In this document: piece after piece, positions 10,007-19,838 of the stretch
Numbering within the stretch: the first letter of the stretch is position 1
Layout: each line of letters starts with the position of its first letter
Source: Thermoplasmatales archaeon
Lineage (GTDB): Archaea; Thermoplasmatota; Thermoplasmata; Thermoplasmatales; Thermoplasmataceae
Assembly (NCBI GenBank): GCA_027310185.1
Contig: DAIDBH010000006.1
Span: 128,001-192,000, forward strand
DNA: 64,000 nucleotides
Reading direction: 5' to 3'
Translations under genes and position numbers: made by a program
Notes under the pieces: generated by a model
Database searches by the model: none
What the model was told of the DNA's origin: nothing
Seen by the model: the letters and a program-made list of their open reading frames with translations, nothing else

Positions 10007-11284
10007 TTACAGTTCATTGAGTTCATTATTACTTATTTTCCTTTGTTCTCCACTAATGAGGTTTTTGACCGTTAATGATCCTTCCATTAATTCTTTCTCC
10101 CCTATCATTATTGCATGAGTGAAGTTCATAGCTGAGGCATGCTTGAGTGAGTTGGAGATATTCCTGTCTGAATTCTCCATCACTGCAGTCTTCCCGTTCC
10201 TTCTCAAACTGTAAAGTACATTTGCTGCCTGCTCTTTTCCTCCCCTTCCAATACCGATTACAAAATATGAAGAATCAATGTTATGGACTTTCCACAAATT
10301 CTTCTCTTTTAGCAGATTTTCAAGAACGGCATCACCCATTCCAAATCCTACCGCTGGAATTTCCTGCCCATCAAATAACTGCGAGAGATTATCATATCGT
10401 CCACCTCCAAAAATCGATCTGAATTTTCCATCAAAGTCAAATCCTTCAAACACAATTCCCGTATAATATGATAAACCCCTCACTGTAGATGGATCGTATA
10501 CTATATTTTCATAACCATTCCTGGATAAGAACTCCACTGTCGAAATCATCCTCAGGAAATCAATATCTTCAGATAATTCAAGGCCAAGCTCCCTCATTGA
10601 GTCACGAATATTCTTCATGGGATATGATTTTGAAAGGAATATGAGTAATCTGTTGAGATTATCCCCTGTTATCCCATCGTTATGAAGTTTATTTCCTATT
10701 ACTTCTATTGACTCTTTCCTGAAATGATCGATTGTGGATATTGAAGATTGAATATTTTCACTACCCAGTCCTGATAGTATTTTTTCCATCAGTTTTCTGT
10801 GGTTGACTCTCACAACATACATACCTTTCAGTCCTAGCCTGTTCAGAATCTCACAAGCAAGGGCAATCAATTCTGCATCTATTTCCATTCCAGTTTCGCC
10901 GAAGTAATCTGCATTAAACTGGTAGTGCTCCCTGTTTCTTCCAGACTGCGGCTCTTCGTATCTCCATAATTTTGGTATATTGTACCATTTCACGGGCTTC
11001 ACAAGACCCTTTCTTGACACAAGCATTCTCATTGTGGACGGTGTTGCCTCCGGTATCAGAGTGATTTCCCTGTTGGACTTGTCCCTGAAGTTATAAGTCT
11101 GGCCCACCAGTTCGTCCCCAGATTTTATCCTGTAAATTTCCAGCATCTCCAGGGAAGGATAATCAATAGGCAGGAATCCAAAATTTTGAGCAGTCTTCCG
11201 CATAATTGAGAATATCTCCTCCCTTTTTTGCATATCTTCTGGATAATAATCCTTGAATCCCCTCAGTCTTTCGATCTTTGACAT
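10007..11284 (-). CDS. hisS: Histidyl-tRNA synthetase
   Basis: RGFKDYYP, WRYEEPQSGRNREHYQ, VRGLSYYTG and GGGRYD motifs. Confidence 0.97.
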   Translation of the reverse strand: MSKIERLRGFKDYYPEDMQKREEIFSIMRKTAQNFGFLPIDYPSLEMLEIYRIKSGDELVGQTYNFRDKSNREITLIPEATPSTMRMLVSRKGLVKPVKWYNIPKLWRYEEPQSGRNREHYQFNADYFGETGMEIDAELIALACEILNRLGLKGMYVVRVNHRKLMEKILSGLGSENIQSSISTIDHFRKESIEVIGNKLHNDGITGDNLNRLLIFLSKSYPMKNIRDSMRELGLELSEDIDFLRMISTVEFLSRNGYENIVYDPSTVRGLSYYTGIVFEGFDFDGKFRSIFGGGRYDNLSQLFDGQEIPAVGFGMGDAVLENLLKEKNLWKVHNIDSSYFVIGIGRGGKEQAANVLYSLRRNGKTAVMENSDRNISNSLKHASAMNFTHAIMIGEKELMEGSLTVKNLISGEQRKISNNELNEL

Positions 11285-11359
11285 TCGTATCAGATAACAA
11301 AAGATGGTTTATAATAATTAGACATAAATACTGCTTTTAAATGTTTAGTTCGATGCGAT

Positions 11360-11794
11360 TTGATCAGTTTAGAGGATGAAATAAAAAAGAATGGACTGAA
11401 GGTTACACCACAAAGATCAAAAATATTACAGTATATTAGGGAAAATCCAGGTAAACATTTCAGTGCCGAAGACATTCATAAATATGTTACGATTGAAAAT
11501 CCAAACATACCGCCTGCAACTGTATATAATATATTAAAGATGTTTGTGGAAAAGGGCTTGATTAACAGTTTTGAGACGAATGGCAAGGCTATTTATGAGG
11601 GAAAAGTTGAACCACACATCAATTTTATCTGTGAAAGATGCAAAAACATTTATGATTATGAAGTTGAAAGTGATTTTAGTGAAATTGAAAAGAATGTTGA
11701 TGGAAAGATAATTTCAACAAGTGTGACGGTCAGAGGTATCTGCAGAAACTGCCTTAAAGAAATAGAAGCTTCTGAAAATACCTTAGTGCATTAA
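11360..11794 (+). CDS. fur: Fur-family transcriptional regulator
   Basis: LKVTPQR, H.SAE, ATVYNIL, CERC and CRNC motifs. Confidence 0.93.
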   Translation: MISLEDEIKKNGLKVTPQRSKILQYIRENPGKHFSAEDIHKYVTIENPNIPPATVYNILKMFVEKGLINSFETNGKAIYEGKVEPHINFICERCKNIYDYEVESDFSEIEKNVDGKIISTSVTVRGICRNCLKEIEASENTLVH

Positions 11795-12788
11795 GATTTT
11801 CCAGAGGGTCATGAACTCTCAGAATTTCTATGCCCTTCCCCGCAAGGAAAATAGATACTGCTATTGTTTCTGGTAATCTTTCTTCTGAACTGCTTTTTGA
11901 ATAGAGACTAAGGAATGCTTTTCTTGAATGACCGAAAAGACGCCTGAAACCGAAGTTGAAAGAATCCGGATTCCTTATGATTTCAAGATTCTGTTCACGG
12001 ATCTTGGAAAAGCCGATCCCTGGATCTATGATTATCTTTCCGGGTTCTATTCCCAATTGGCAAAGTACTCTTAATTTCTCGAAGTAAAATTTTGTCATCT
12101 CCCCCCTGAGATCATTATAAGTGGCCATCCTGTTCATGTTTGATGGATCTCCCTTGATGTGCATTAAAACGTAAAATTTGTCTTCAGATTTAGCAAGCTC
12201 TGGGAGCCTTTCATCTTTCATTCCGGAAATGTCATTTATTACATCTATTCTATCTATGAAAGCATGGATAGTTTCATAATGTCGTGAATCCAATGAAATT
12301 CTTTGATTACCTGTATCGTTAACCATTTCAAAGGCACTCTTCAGTCTATCAATCTCTTCATGTGCGGAAACCTCTATAGATCCTGGCCTGGTGCTTTCAG
12401 CTCCTATATCAAGGAATTGACAACCTGAACTTCTGGCACGATCTATCTGGCGGATATCCTTTACTCTTGAGCCAGCAAAGAACGAATCTGGAGTAAAGTT
12501 AAGAATGGCCATAATATCAGGGATCGAGTTCACATGACTCCTGAACATACCTTCAGTCATAAAATGGCTCATTTTTGCCAGGCCAGCTTGATTGAGAATT
12601 TCATCTGCTTTTGATCTGCTCATAAACTGTTCAAACTTGAAAAATATATTTTCTCCCATCTTTATTTTAGTGAAAGCTCTTCCTTCAGGAACTTTGTGGG
12701 AATAACATGTAAAGCTGATTTCAGTTTCACTGACAGTGGTTTTCCCGTTCTTATAGAAGAAATCGATCTCTGGATTATCCATCATCAT
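11754..12788 (-). CDS. folP: Dihydropteroate synthase with N-terminal extension
   Basis: ILNFTPDSF, DIGAESTRPG, INDISG, IDPGIGF, GHSRK and RVHD motifs. Confidence 0.93.
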   Translation of the reverse strand: MMMDNPEIDFFYKNGKTTVSETEISFTCYSHKVPEGRAFTKIKMGENIFFKFEQFMSRSKADEILNQAGLAKMSHFMTEGMFRSHVNSIPDIMAILNFTPDSFFAGSRVKDIRQIDRARSSGCQFLDIGAESTRPGSIEVSAHEEIDRLKSAFEMVNDTGNQRISLDSRHYETIHAFIDRIDVINDISGMKDERLPELAKSEDKFYVLMHIKGDPSNMNRMATYNDLRGEMTKFYFEKLRVLCQLGIEPGKIIIDPGIGFSKIREQNLEIIRNPDSFNFGFRRLFGHSRKAFLSLYSKSSSEERLPETIAVSIFLAGKGIEILRVHDPLENLNALRYFQKLLFL

Positions 12789-13110
12789 AAGTATACAATT
12801 CTCTACCTTAAATCTTCAGATAAGTCAGGTGGCCTTGATAAGTGACATGGCATCTGCGGAGTGGAGTCAATTCAGGCCATGATGATTCTATCAGAAACCT
12901 TAATGATATGGGCTCCCTGAAAAATCTGGAAGAGAAGAGTCGTTTCCATTGTACTACCACCATAAATAGTACCATGATGATGAATATTGATAGGGAAAGT
13001 CGTGTGATTAATGCTGAACTTCTATTTGGAAGAAAATAACGGGTATCTGTAACCATAAGGTTATTAGTAGATTTAGTATATCTTATATCTACATTCAATG
13101 GAGCGATTAC

Positions 13111-13536
13111 ATGGTTGATAATATTATTAATAATAAGGAAAAGAAGAAGCGAAATTTCACCAATATTAGTGAACTTTCAAATGCCATTAGCAAGGGATTA
13201 AGCCTTCAGAACAGGAGGATGAGTTTTGAAGAATCTTTTTCAGCTGCAGAACATTTGATTAATTTTTTTGGTTATAGCGATAGGGTTATTGATAACATGC
13301 TTGAACCAGAAGACAGGGATGCGTTTTACACGATGGAAGATATAGGAGTCCTTCAAACGGAAAGGGAAGAAACTACGCTGTTTGATGGTAGGGAATGGAG
13401 AATTCACTACTGGATCCTTAATGTGGGTAAAATAATAGAGCTCGCAAACATGAAAATAGATTTGAATAATATGGATAATGGTGAACAATTTTCTGTTTAC
13501 GAGGAAATACCTGACGAATACTGGACTGTAAATTAA
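13111..13536 (+). CDS. Conserved Thermoplasmata protein (DUF6015-like)
   Basis: FFGYSDRVIDNMLEPEDRDAFY.MED.G.L...REET.L.DGREWRIHYW recalled as a Thermoplasmata-conserved signature. Confidence 0.75.
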   Translation: MVDNIINNKEKKKRNFTNISELSNAISKGLSLQNRRMSFEESFSAAEHLINFFGYSDRVIDNMLEPEDRDAFYTMEDIGVLQTEREETTLFDGREWRIHYWILNVGKIIELANMKIDLNNMDNGEQFSVYEEIPDEYWTVN

Positions 13537-13548
13537 TAGTGGTTTTTA

Positions 13549-15318
13549 ATGCATATAGCAGTTTTAGACGAGTCTAAATGCCATTCTAAAAAATGCAATC
13601 ATGAGTGCCAGTCATATTGTCCTCCTGTCAGGTCTGGAATAGGTACAATTACATTTCCTGAGGAAACTGTTTATCCGCTCATAACTGAAGATCTGTGTAT
13701 CGGCTGCGGCATCTGTGTTAATAGATGTCCATTTGGAGCAATAAAGATAATTACAGTCCCGGATGAACTGAACAAGGATATAGTGCATCAGTATGGAGAG
13801 AATTCATTCAGAATTTATTCAATTCCAGTTCCCTCAAAAGGGATCACTGCAATTCTTGGACCAAATGGAATGGGAAAGACCACCACCATGAATATACTTA
13901 GTGGGGTGATTATACCAAATTTTGGTGATTATAATAATGGCGGAACACAGGAAAAAGTACTCAAGAAGTACTCAAACAGTATTCTTGGTGATTATTTCCA
14001 GAACGTATATGATAAAACAAAGAAAGTGGTCCTGAAAAGTCAGTTTGTCGATCAGATTCCAAAGGTGGTAAAGGGAACCATAGGAAGCATTCTGAAAAAA
14101 GCTGATGAATTTGGAATGGCTGATGATATCATAGCCGAGCTTTCTCTTGAAAATTCTGTAAATAAAGATGTGGCGAGTGCCTCTGGAGGGGAATTGCAGA
14201 AGCTTGCAGTTGGAATGGCACTGATAAAAGATGGAGATATACTTCTCGTTGACGAGGTTTCATCGTATCTTGATATTTCTGAAAGAATACGGGTGGCCTC
14301 AATACTGACAAGACTTGCTGAAAAGGGGAAAACAATTTTTGTTGTTGAACACGATCTTGCTATTCTTGACTGGATAAGTGATCAGATACATCTCGTTTAT
14401 GGTTCACCGGGTGCGTATGGGGTCATAGTACAGCAGAAATCACCGAACAAGGCAATTAACCAGTTTCTCGATGGTTACATGAAGGAGGAAAACGTCAGGA
14501 TAAGAAAGGAAAAAATCGTTTTTGAGACAAGGGCATCAAACAGAAAGATCGTTTCACCAGAACTTGTGCACTGGAGTGAGATAGACGCTGACCTTGGTAA
14601 TTTCAAGCTGAAAGTTATGCCGGGAAAAATGGAAATTGGAACTGTAACTGGGATTCTTGGGAGAAATGCTCTCGGGAAATCAACATTTGTCAAGATACTC
14701 GCAGGGGTAATGACTCCCAATTCGGGCTCTTACGAACCGAAACTGAGAGTTGCATACAAGCCACAGTATATTTCAACTGATTTTGAGGGGACATGTGAGG
14801 ACCTGCTCTTCAGGACCCTGAAGGAAAGGATGAGCGATAATTTCGTCAAGAATGAACTCTTCAGGCCCCTTGGTATAGACCCTCTCATGGAAAGTGAAGT
14901 CAGCAGCCTGTCTGGAGGGGAGCTGCAGAAATTATCTATTGCAATGACACTTGCACAGGATGCCGATCTGTATCTACTGGACGAACCATCTGCAAATCTT
15001 GATAGCTCAACCAGGATGGAGGTTGCCAAGATTATTAAGAAAACAATGGAAAACAGGAAGAAGACGGGAATGGTCGTTGACCATGACATTTATTTCATTG
15101 ACATAATTTCTGACGAGTTGATGATCTTCCTTGGAGAGTCAGGGATACAGGGAATTGCAAGGGGACCAATGCCAATGAGGGAAGGCATGAATACATTCCT
15201 GAAGGAAGTGGATATAACATTTAGGAGAGACCACAATTCTGGCAGACCAAGAATAAATAAGCCTGGAAGTAGCATGCACAGGGAGCAGGTTTCTTCAGGA
15301 GAGTATTATTACTCCTGA
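13549..15318 (+). CDS. rli: Ribosome recycling ATPase ABCE1/RLI
   Basis: N-terminal Fe-S cysteines (C..CP, CIGCGICV..CP) and two ABC NBDs (GPNGMGKT, GRNALGKST, SGGELQ); C-terminal RPRINK..S and GEYYY. Confidence 0.97.
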   Translation: MHIAVLDESKCHSKKCNHECQSYCPPVRSGIGTITFPEETVYPLITEDLCIGCGICVNRCPFGAIKIITVPDELNKDIVHQYGENSFRIYSIPVPSKGITAILGPNGMGKTTTMNILSGVIIPNFGDYNNGGTQEKVLKKYSNSILGDYFQNVYDKTKKVVLKSQFVDQIPKVVKGTIGSILKKADEFGMADDIIAELSLENSVNKDVASASGGELQKLAVGMALIKDGDILLVDEVSSYLDISERIRVASILTRLAEKGKTIFVVEHDLAILDWISDQIHLVYGSPGAYGVIVQQKSPNKAINQFLDGYMKEENVRIRKEKIVFETRASNRKIVSPELVHWSEIDADLGNFKLKVMPGKMEIGTVTGILGRNALGKSTFVKILAGVMTPNSGSYEPKLRVAYKPQYISTDFEGTCEDLLFRTLKERMSDNFVKNELFRPLGIDPLMESEVSSLSGGELQKLSIAMTLAQDADLYLLDEPSANLDSSTRMEVAKIIKKTMENRKKTGMVVDHDIYFIDIISDELMIFLGESGIQGIARGPMPMREGMNTFLKEVDITFRRDHNSGRPRINKPGSSMHREQVSSGEYYYS

Positions 15319-15332
15319 TGGATGGCAGTTAA

Positions 15333-17201
15333 ATGTCAGGACAGAGCTTAACAATGCAGATCCTCCACAGGGAAGGCCTGGCGAGGATAGGTAGATTCAG
15401 CACAGACCATGGATATGTTGATACTCCAAACATAATGCCTGTGATCAATCCCAATCTGCGTACCTTACCAATGGAAACCATGAAGAGATTTGGAACACAG
15501 GCCATAATAACAAACAGTTACATTATCAGGAGAAACCCTGATTTAAAGGCTGAGGCTTTGAGGAAGGGCCTTCATAGTCTTATTGGTTTTGATGGTACCA
15601 TAATGACTGACTCAGGTACATTCCAAAGTTATGTTTATGGTGGAGTTGAATATGAAAACAGGGATACTGTAGAATTTCAGATCGATATAAAGAGTGATAT
15701 CTCCACAATCCTGGATATTTTTTCTACTCCAGCTGATTCGCACGAAAAGGCCAAAATGGCAGTTAATGAAACTCATAAAAGGTTCATGGAGATCACGGAT
15801 ATTGCAAAAAGCCATAACATTTCTGGACCTATCCAGGGGTCCATTTACAGAGACTTAAGGCGTAGGAGTGCAAGACTCATGTCTGCAACTGATGCCAGTT
15901 ATCTTCCCATAGGTGGCGTTGTGCCGTTGCTTGAACAGTACAAATACAGTGAACTTGTAGATATTATACTTGAATCGAAACTGGCAGGTGATTTTTCCAA
16001 GCCTGTTCACCTATTTGGTGGTGGCCATCCCATGTTCATGGGAATGGCGGTTCTCCTGGGAGTAGATATGTTTGATTCGGCATCCTACGTGAAATATGCA
16101 AGGGATGACAGGTTGCTTTACACGGAGGGCACAAGGTATCTGGCAGATGTTACAGAACTTCCATACTGGAGTCCACTAAATGACAGATATACGATCAAGG
16201 AGATCAAAACTCTTGATGAAAAAGAGCGGTTTCCGGCCCTTGCTGAGCATAATTTATTTGCAATTTTCCAGGAACTGGCTGAGATAAGGGAAAGAATCAG
16301 GGAAAACACCCTCTGGCAGTACGTTGAATCAAAATCCAGATCACACCCCTCGCTTTACTCTGCCTTTCAGAGGATATTAAGACATTCAAAAAGAATAGAA
16401 CCTTATTTTGAACTGTACCGGAAGAGTCCACTGTTCCATTTTGGAGCAGAAACAAACAGGTCGCCCTATGGGATTAGATTGAGGAAGCTGGAGCCGAATG
16501 GTACGTATAATACATTATCATCAAGAGAATGGAAGCCGGCAAGATTGAGTCAGGATTTTGTGAAAAATGTTTACGAAAAATCCAGGGAGAATTTCTGCAT
16601 AAACTGGTTTGGTCTTAAAATCCCCGTTGAGATGGAAGAGATATATCCTGTTGAGCAGGTGATTTCAGGCAATGAAAAAGAAACACGCGGAACATCCTAC
16701 AGAAGGGATAATGGGTTTGAAAAGATAAGGGATTTCAATCTTGAAAAGCTTAGGAGAATTGCTGATTTCCAGTTTGGAAATGGTATTGGTGAAAAGATAT
16801 TCCCGGATGACTGCGAAATTACTGTTTCAAGAACAACGGGAAGGATCAGAACCATTTCGAGGAATGGCAATATGCTTGCAACAATGAGAGCCCATGATGG
16901 ATTTGTGGGACTCACGTTTGAAGGTGGTCTCAGGTTACATGAAATCTCTACAGGGATGAAAAATAAGGTAATGGTCACAGGAGAAAGCGCCATATATAAT
17001 TCTCAGGGAAAGAGTGTTTTCTTTAAATTCATAGAACAGAATGACAGTGAAATAATTCCTCTTAATGATGTTCTTGTCGTGGACCCTGATGATAGGCTCG
17101 TTGCAGTAGGGAGGGCACTGGTATCGGGAAGAGAGATGGGTATGTACAGGGAAGGAGTTGCAGTTTCCATCAATCATCACAAAAAGGAAGCAAAGTCTTG
17201 A
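15333..17201 (+). CDS. tgtA: Archaeal tRNA-guanine(15) transglycosylase with C-terminal PUA domain
   Basis: TPNIMPV.NP, MTDSGTFQ, GGVVPL, HLFG.GHP and FDSASY motifs; PUA-like C-terminus. Confidence 0.95.
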   Translation: MSGQSLTMQILHREGLARIGRFSTDHGYVDTPNIMPVINPNLRTLPMETMKRFGTQAIITNSYIIRRNPDLKAEALRKGLHSLIGFDGTIMTDSGTFQSYVYGGVEYENRDTVEFQIDIKSDISTILDIFSTPADSHEKAKMAVNETHKRFMEITDIAKSHNISGPIQGSIYRDLRRRSARLMSATDASYLPIGGVVPLLEQYKYSELVDIILESKLAGDFSKPVHLFGGGHPMFMGMAVLLGVDMFDSASYVKYARDDRLLYTEGTRYLADVTELPYWSPLNDRYTIKEIKTLDEKERFPALAEHNLFAIFQELAEIRERIRENTLWQYVESKSRSHPSLYSAFQRILRHSKRIEPYFELYRKSPLFHFGAETNRSPYGIRLRKLEPNGTYNTLSSREWKPARLSQDFVKNVYEKSRENFCINWFGLKIPVEMEEIYPVEQVISGNEKETRGTSYRRDNGFEKIRDFNLEKLRRIADFQFGNGIGEKIFPDDCEITVSRTTGRIRTISRNGNMLATMRAHDGFVGLTFEGGLRLHEISTGMKNKVMVTGESAIYNSQGKSVFFKFIEQNDSEIIPLNDVLVVDPDDRLVAVGRALVSGREMGMYREGVAVSINHHKKEAKS

Positions 17202-17221
17202 AAAGGTTATGCAGGCAGTAA

Positions 17222-17584
17222 TTAATAAGTCAAACTGTTATCTCTGTATTTTTCAATGAACTCCTTGAGTACGACAGCACTGTTATGCTTTTCATTACTG
17301 GTACTGTACAGGAAAATAACATCCCCTTTCTTGCAAATTACTGAAAGTTTCTGAACATCGCTGTTATGCCTCAGCTCTTCCATATATTTCTCCCTGAACT
17401 CGTCGTATTTTTGATCCTCGTGGTTGAACCATTTTCTCAATTCCGTTGAAGGCGCAATATCTTTCGCCCACCAGTATAATTTCAGGGATTCCTTCGTCAC
17501 ACCTCTTGGCCACAGTCTTTCAACCAGAATTCTGGTTCCACTGTCTCCATCCTCAATATTATAGACCCTTTTTAGCGTTATCAG
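17222..17584 (-). CDS. DUF488 (YeaO-like) protein, probable CTG start
   Basis: Frame extends upstream of the ORF track to (L)ITLKRVY...GTRILVERLWPRGV; APSTELRKWFNH motif; GGTGA SD 7 nt before the CTG. Confidence 0.85.
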   Translation of the reverse strand: MITLKRVYNIEDGDSGTRILVERLWPRGVTKESLKLYWWAKDIAPSTELRKWFNHEDQKYDEFREKYMEELRHNSDVQKLSVICKKGDVIFLYSTSNEKHNSAVVLKEFIEKYRDNSLTY

Positions 17585-17641
17585 GATACATTCACCCGGT
17601 ACCTTAGTGTGAATGAAATTTATAAATTTTCCTTCCCCCTA

Positions 17642-18898
17642 TTATCCTGCAGTGCTTGATATTACTGTCTCTTCCATTTCCTTCATCCTGCGAGAAAACA
17701 TACCACTTATGAACATATACATAACGGCGACCACCACTGTGCCTATGGCAATATATAACCAGTATGTGCTTGAAACGCTCTGTAAAACAAAGAGGAGGTA
17801 CAGACCTATAACTGCACCCGCAAATCCCCCAAAACTTGAATATAAATTATAAACACCAACGTAAGATCCTCTCATGTTATCCGGTGCAAGAGTGGTAATA
17901 ATACTCTGGGTCGTTGGTGAGAGGAGATCTTCACCAAATGTTGATATGGTCATGAAGAGCGCCAGTATGAGGAATGCCGTTGAATCTGTAAGAACAAGAA
18001 ATGAGATAGCATAAAAGAGGGTTCCAACACCCCTCCACATCATTGGATTCCCGAATTTTGTCATAAGCCTCAATAATGGGAACTGGAGTGCTACTACCAG
18101 TATTCCGTTGAGTGCCCATATATACCCGAGATACATGTATGGAAGATTCTGCAAAACAATGGTATATACTGTAAATGTGGAACCTCTCTGCCTCATGAAG
18201 ATCTGCAATAGCACCCCTATGATTATGAAAAAAATGAAAAACCTGTCTTTCATGTAAGTCCTGCTCAGCTCTCCCTTCATTACCTGAACATGATCAGATG
18301 GAACGTAAGTCTCCCTCATCAGGAAATACAGCATGAAAATTTCCACCACTGTAACAGCGCTGGATACAAGAAATATGTATTGAAGCCCGAAATATGCCAG
18401 GTATGCGCCGAGCAATGGTCCTATGGCAATTCCCAGGTTGGCCATTATCCTCATGATTGTGTAACCTGAAAGCCTGTCCCTTACAGAGGTAATATCTGCA
18501 ACGGAGGCCTGTACCGCAGGATACTGTATTGAGTTTATAACTATTGTTCCGTACCATGAACCGAGCAGAAGGACAAAATAATATGGATTTGCAACGGTAT
18601 AATAGATGAGTAGATAGAATACGACTGCAGGTATCTGGGAATACACAAGAATTGTTCTTCTGCCGATCTTGTCCGTCAATATTCCTGAGTAATACTGCAC
18701 AAATGCCATGAGCAGTGTTGCTGAACCGAGAAATAATCCAGTAATTATAAAGCTTATATGATAAACTATGATGAAAATTAAAGGTAGGAAGATGAATGTT
18801 GATCCACGTCCAAAGGCCCGGATGAACCTGGTCATACTGAGGATCCATATCCTTCTATCAAGATTCTTAATATTAAAAGCATAAGGTGAAGTTGCCGT
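17642..18898 (-). CDS. MFS transporter (start extended to probable ACG 18898; first ATG is 18835)
   Basis: 12-TM pattern with G.LTDKIGRR motif A; in-frame upstream NLDRRIWILS looks like the beginning of TM1. Confidence 0.88.
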   Translation of the reverse strand, partial: TATSPYAFNIKNLDRRIWILSMTRFIRAFGRGSTFIFLPLIFIIVYHISFIITGLFLGSATLLMAFVQYYSGILTDKIGRRTILVYSQIPAVVFYLLIYYTVANPYYFVLLLGSWYGTIVINSIQYPAVQASVADITSVRDRLSGYTIMRIMANLGIAIGPLLGAYLAYFGLQYIFLVSSAVTVVEIFMLYFLMRETYVPSDHVQVMKGELSRTYMKDRFFIFFIIIGVLLQIFMRQRGSTFTVYTIVLQNLPYMYLGYIWALNGILVVALQFPLLRLMTKFGNPMMWRGVGTLFYAISFLVLTDSTAFLILALFMTISTFGEDLLSPTTQSIITTLAPDNMRGSYVGVYNLYSSFGGFAGAVIGLYLLFVLQSVSSTYWLYIAIGTVVVAVMYMFISGMFSRRMKEMEETVISSTAG

Positions 18899-18995
18899 TA
18901 TTCTGTATTAATAATGATTATTTAATTGATTCCAAGTTTCTCCGATACTTATTAAGTTTTCACCAATATAATATATACATATCAGTATTGGAATT

Positions 18996-19838
18996 TTAAA
19001 CAAGTACTATAGTCATTAGCATTGCTACTACCATTAAAGCTCCCCCACCAATGGTGTAATAGGACAGTGGTATACCGGTGAGTATGACGGAGAAAATTGC
19101 AGCAAAAACTGGTTCTGAAACCATTATTATACTCGCCTTTTCAGGTTTCACGTAAACCAGAGCCTTGTTTGTTATGAAGTATGCTAAAACTCCTGCAAAT
19201 AATGCTGTGAATGCAATTGTGAAGAGGAGTATGGGAGATGAGAAGTTGAAATATATCTTAAATGTGGGAATTGCTATGGTTGAATACAGTGAAACTGCAG
19301 CCATCTGGAAAAAAGTGAATTTTACCATATCCAGTTTATTATTCCGTGAAACATATATTATCTGCATTGCGTATCCAACGGCACAGATGAAGGTTAGAAG
19401 ATCTCCAAGCTGGAGCGAAAAATTGCTTACTTCTCCTACTGTGATGATCAGCAGTCCCACGACAGCCAAAGTTACAGCCGACAGATCACTTTTAGAAATC
19501 CTCTGCCTGTATATCAGGTAGCCAATTACTGGAACAAGTACTATATAGAGGCCTGTTACAAAACCCGAAATGGCCGGAGTCGTGAAATACAATCCTATGG
19601 TCTGGAAGTAATATCCCAGAAAAAGATAGAACCCGGCAATGAAACCTTGCTTCAACCCTGTAAGGTCCCTCCTGTTCTTTATGAATGGGATCATCACCAG
19701 TGTCGAAATCAGGAACCTAATTGCCAGGAATATTACAGGTGACATGTATTCAAGTGATATCTTGATCAGTGGGAATGTGACACCCCATGAAAGTGTTGCA
19801 ATTATGATCAGGAATGAGTATTTAGTTTCGTTCTGCAT
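18996..19838 (-). CDS. EamA/DMT family transporter
   Basis: WGVTFPLIK, FLAIRF, GDLLT and SEPVFAA; two EamA repeats. Confidence 0.92.
   Translation of the reverse strand: MQNETKYSFLIIIATLSWGVTFPLIKISLEYMSPVIFLAIRFLISTLVMIPFIKNRRDLTGLKQGFIAGFYLFLGYYFQTIGLYFTTPAISGFVTGLYIVLVPVIGYLIYRQRISKSDLSAVTLAVVGLLIITVGEVSNFSLQLGDLLTFICAVGYAMQIIYVSRNNKLDMVKFTFFQMAAVSLYSTIAIPTFKIYFNFSSPILLFTIAFTALFAGVLAYFITNKALVYVKPEKASIIMVSEPVFAAIFSVILTGIPLSYYTIGGGALMVVAMLMTIVLV

Noticed and set aside
11754-11794. 41-nt convergent overlap of fur and folP
   Set aside because: Short 3' overlaps are common in this compact window (truD/tbp, endA/rps2, lig/ssb).
13067-13092. Imperfect palindrome GTAGAT...ATCTAC upstream of the DUF6015 gene
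   Set aside because: Only 6-bp arms in AT-rich DNA and not repeated elsewhere in the window.
12808-13098. ORFs 12842..13039 (+) and 12808..13098 (-)
   Set aside because: No recognisable motifs; they overlap each other and the promoter regions of two divergent genes.
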